Origin: Octopus vulgaris
Lineage: Eukaryota
Direction of reading: 5' to 3'
Assembly (NCBI GenBank): GCA_951406725.2
Contig: OX597816.1
Span: 178,560,001-178,624,000 of the forward strand
Length of the DNA stretch: 64,000 nucleotides
Shown: positions 62,270-64,000 of the stretch, in pieces
Position numbering within the stretch: the first letter of the stretch is position 1
How the letters are laid out: each line of letters opens with the position of its first letter
Made by a program: the position numbers and the translations under genes
Notes under the pieces: generated by a model
Told to the model about the DNA's origin: nothing
Seen by the model: the letters and a program-made list of their open reading frames with translations, nothing else
Database searches by the model: none

Positions 62270-62571
62270 TGATGGTCATATTTTTGCCAATTAGCCACAC
62301 ACACTATATTATTCTTCACTTCAGCTTTATTATTATTCTTATTTTAGTGTCCTTTGTCTGAAATCTTTCATCAAATATACTGTGACCACTTTGGTGACAA
62401 CTCCACTTGGACTAAACAGAATAGGAAGAGAATGTGAGATGGAGAGTCCCTGAAGAGAGGTTACAGGATGTTTGACAAAAAATTTCAAAGGACACTAAAA
62501 TAAGAATAATAATAAAGCTGAAATGAAGACTAAGCAGTGTGTGTGGTTAATTGGCAAAAATATGACTATTG
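62270..62571. repeat. ~300-bp imperfect palindrome with degenerate hammerhead-like motif
   Basis: ggtcatatttttgccaattagccacacacac..agtgtcctttg vs caaaggacact..gtgtgtgtggttaattggcaaaaatatgacta; CTGAAGA at 62450-62456. Confidence 0.8.
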
Positions 62572-64000
62572 TTGTGATGTTATTGTGCAACCTCTTGTAG
62601 TTTCAGTATTGTTTTGAGAAGACATTGTTGGGTTGCAATTATCTTTTGAAGTGTTTTGTTTTATGCAGAACCTTCCCTTTTAGATTTTAACAATGCTTCA
62701 TGCTTAACTCAACATTTAACACGGGTCTTCTCAAATGATGTGTCATAGATTATTAAATATATACAATCAAAGGTTTTAGAAAATCCATTTTTATGTTATA
62801 GAAAATAAATATTAATCTTTCAGAAAATCCATATTAATGCACACTCATAATTTTGTCATTCACATACAAGTATAATTAATGAAATACAGTAAGTAATGGA
62901 TTTGTACATTTTACCTAATTTTTAACTTAACATAGTTTTTTTCAAATTTGTATATAAAGTTCTGCAGTGAATATTTTTTTATTTAGTTTTCTAGTGTACC
63001 ATGAAACCAAAAAGATTGTGAGCCATTGGCTCATCATATTTAATTTTTACAGTAGTTTTTAGTAATGAATGTTTATCACCAGGCCAGTTTCCTAACCACA
63101 ACAACGATTGAATTAATTAGCGTGTCCAGCCATTACTAAGACCATAGGGTGAAATTTGAGGGATATTTTGGTTGCTTTTTCTTGTTGGTCAAATGACAAT
63201 GTAAAGGCTTTTATTGTTGATTCGGGTTTCTGTTTCTGTGTCAGTTCCAGATAATTCTAATTTTAACTTGTTTGTTCCATGGGATAGTCATTAATTGCAC
63301 TTATTACGAGATTTAATTAACCATCAAATTAGCAATTAATGTCTGTTAAAATAATATCCTGCATTATCTAATTAACCTATGCAGCCAAATATAAGTTGAT
63401 AAGTTGTGTTCAGTCATTAATAGATTCCAAGTATTTTATGCTCCTTGCCTCTTTGACACTAATCCAGAGTGAGTCATATCCTACTAAGGAAGATAAATAA
63501 CAAAGAATTCAAAGGCAGTGGTAACACTAAATCTAACCTCTTCTTGCATAAGCTTTCATTTTCATCACCTCTTTTCTCAATCTTAGCCCTGTCTCTGAGA
63601 GTGAGGATGTTAACATTCACTTCTTTTAGAACCACTGCAATGAAGCAATTTGTTCATCTATGGAACCATAGGCTCGAATCTGATCCTTGCCTTGGAAAAT
63701 TGAACAAAAGTATTCTGAGGTTGTTTCAAATTTATTCACCTGCCATAATGAAACCTTGCTTTGCTGTGGCAAAGGACATTTGTCCTGTTTTTAACAAAAG
63801 TTACCAGTATGACAGAATCGCCAAATTAGCCAAACATTTGGCTTCAACCATTTTGGGTCAGTCTGTGAGGTCTCTATATTCTTCAAAATCATTCATTTGT
63901 TTCTTGCTTCATATTTCTGCTCTATTGCTTCATATTCTGCAGTACGTTTATGATGACCACTGTGATCTTCATTTGAAATAAAATGCCAACAGTGTGTTGA

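Noticed and set aside
63469-63981. 170-aa plus-strand ORF
   Set aside because: No recognisable motif, non-ATG start, antisense to the host gene; possibly decayed transposon sequence but not classifiable.

Overview
AT-rich, microsatellite-dense animal genomic DNA. The SINE/RTE repeat content suggests an octopus (coleoid cephalopod); this is an inference. The only host gene is a minus-strand, multi-exon cytosolic phospholipase A2 (PLA2G4A/cPLA2-alpha-like). Twelve exons were reconstructed by hand from GT-AG sites and reading phase (54282 down to the stop at 24048; 2244 nt, 747 codons plus stop). They carry the GGGFR, GLSGS, PLSP and VDAGL motifs; the C2-domain exons were not found and presumably lie beyond base 64000. 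The rest is decayed mobile DNA: RTE, Tx1/L1-like, CR1-like and R4-like LINEs, Penelope remnants, Helitrons, mariner/Tc1/pogo relics, tRNA-derived SINEs, and mini/microsatellites. The most unusual signal is about eight minimal type I hammerhead-ribozyme-like motifs. Several sit in head-to-head palindromic elements. One is a tRNA-promoter SINE with a hammerhead tail inserted as a palindromic dimer inside a single 12-bp target duplication (38980-39563). Another is a near-intact hammerhead in a ~350-bp retrozyme-like tandem unit split by a Tx1 LINE (14487-14535). All structures and coordinates were read by eye; nothing was computed or searched.
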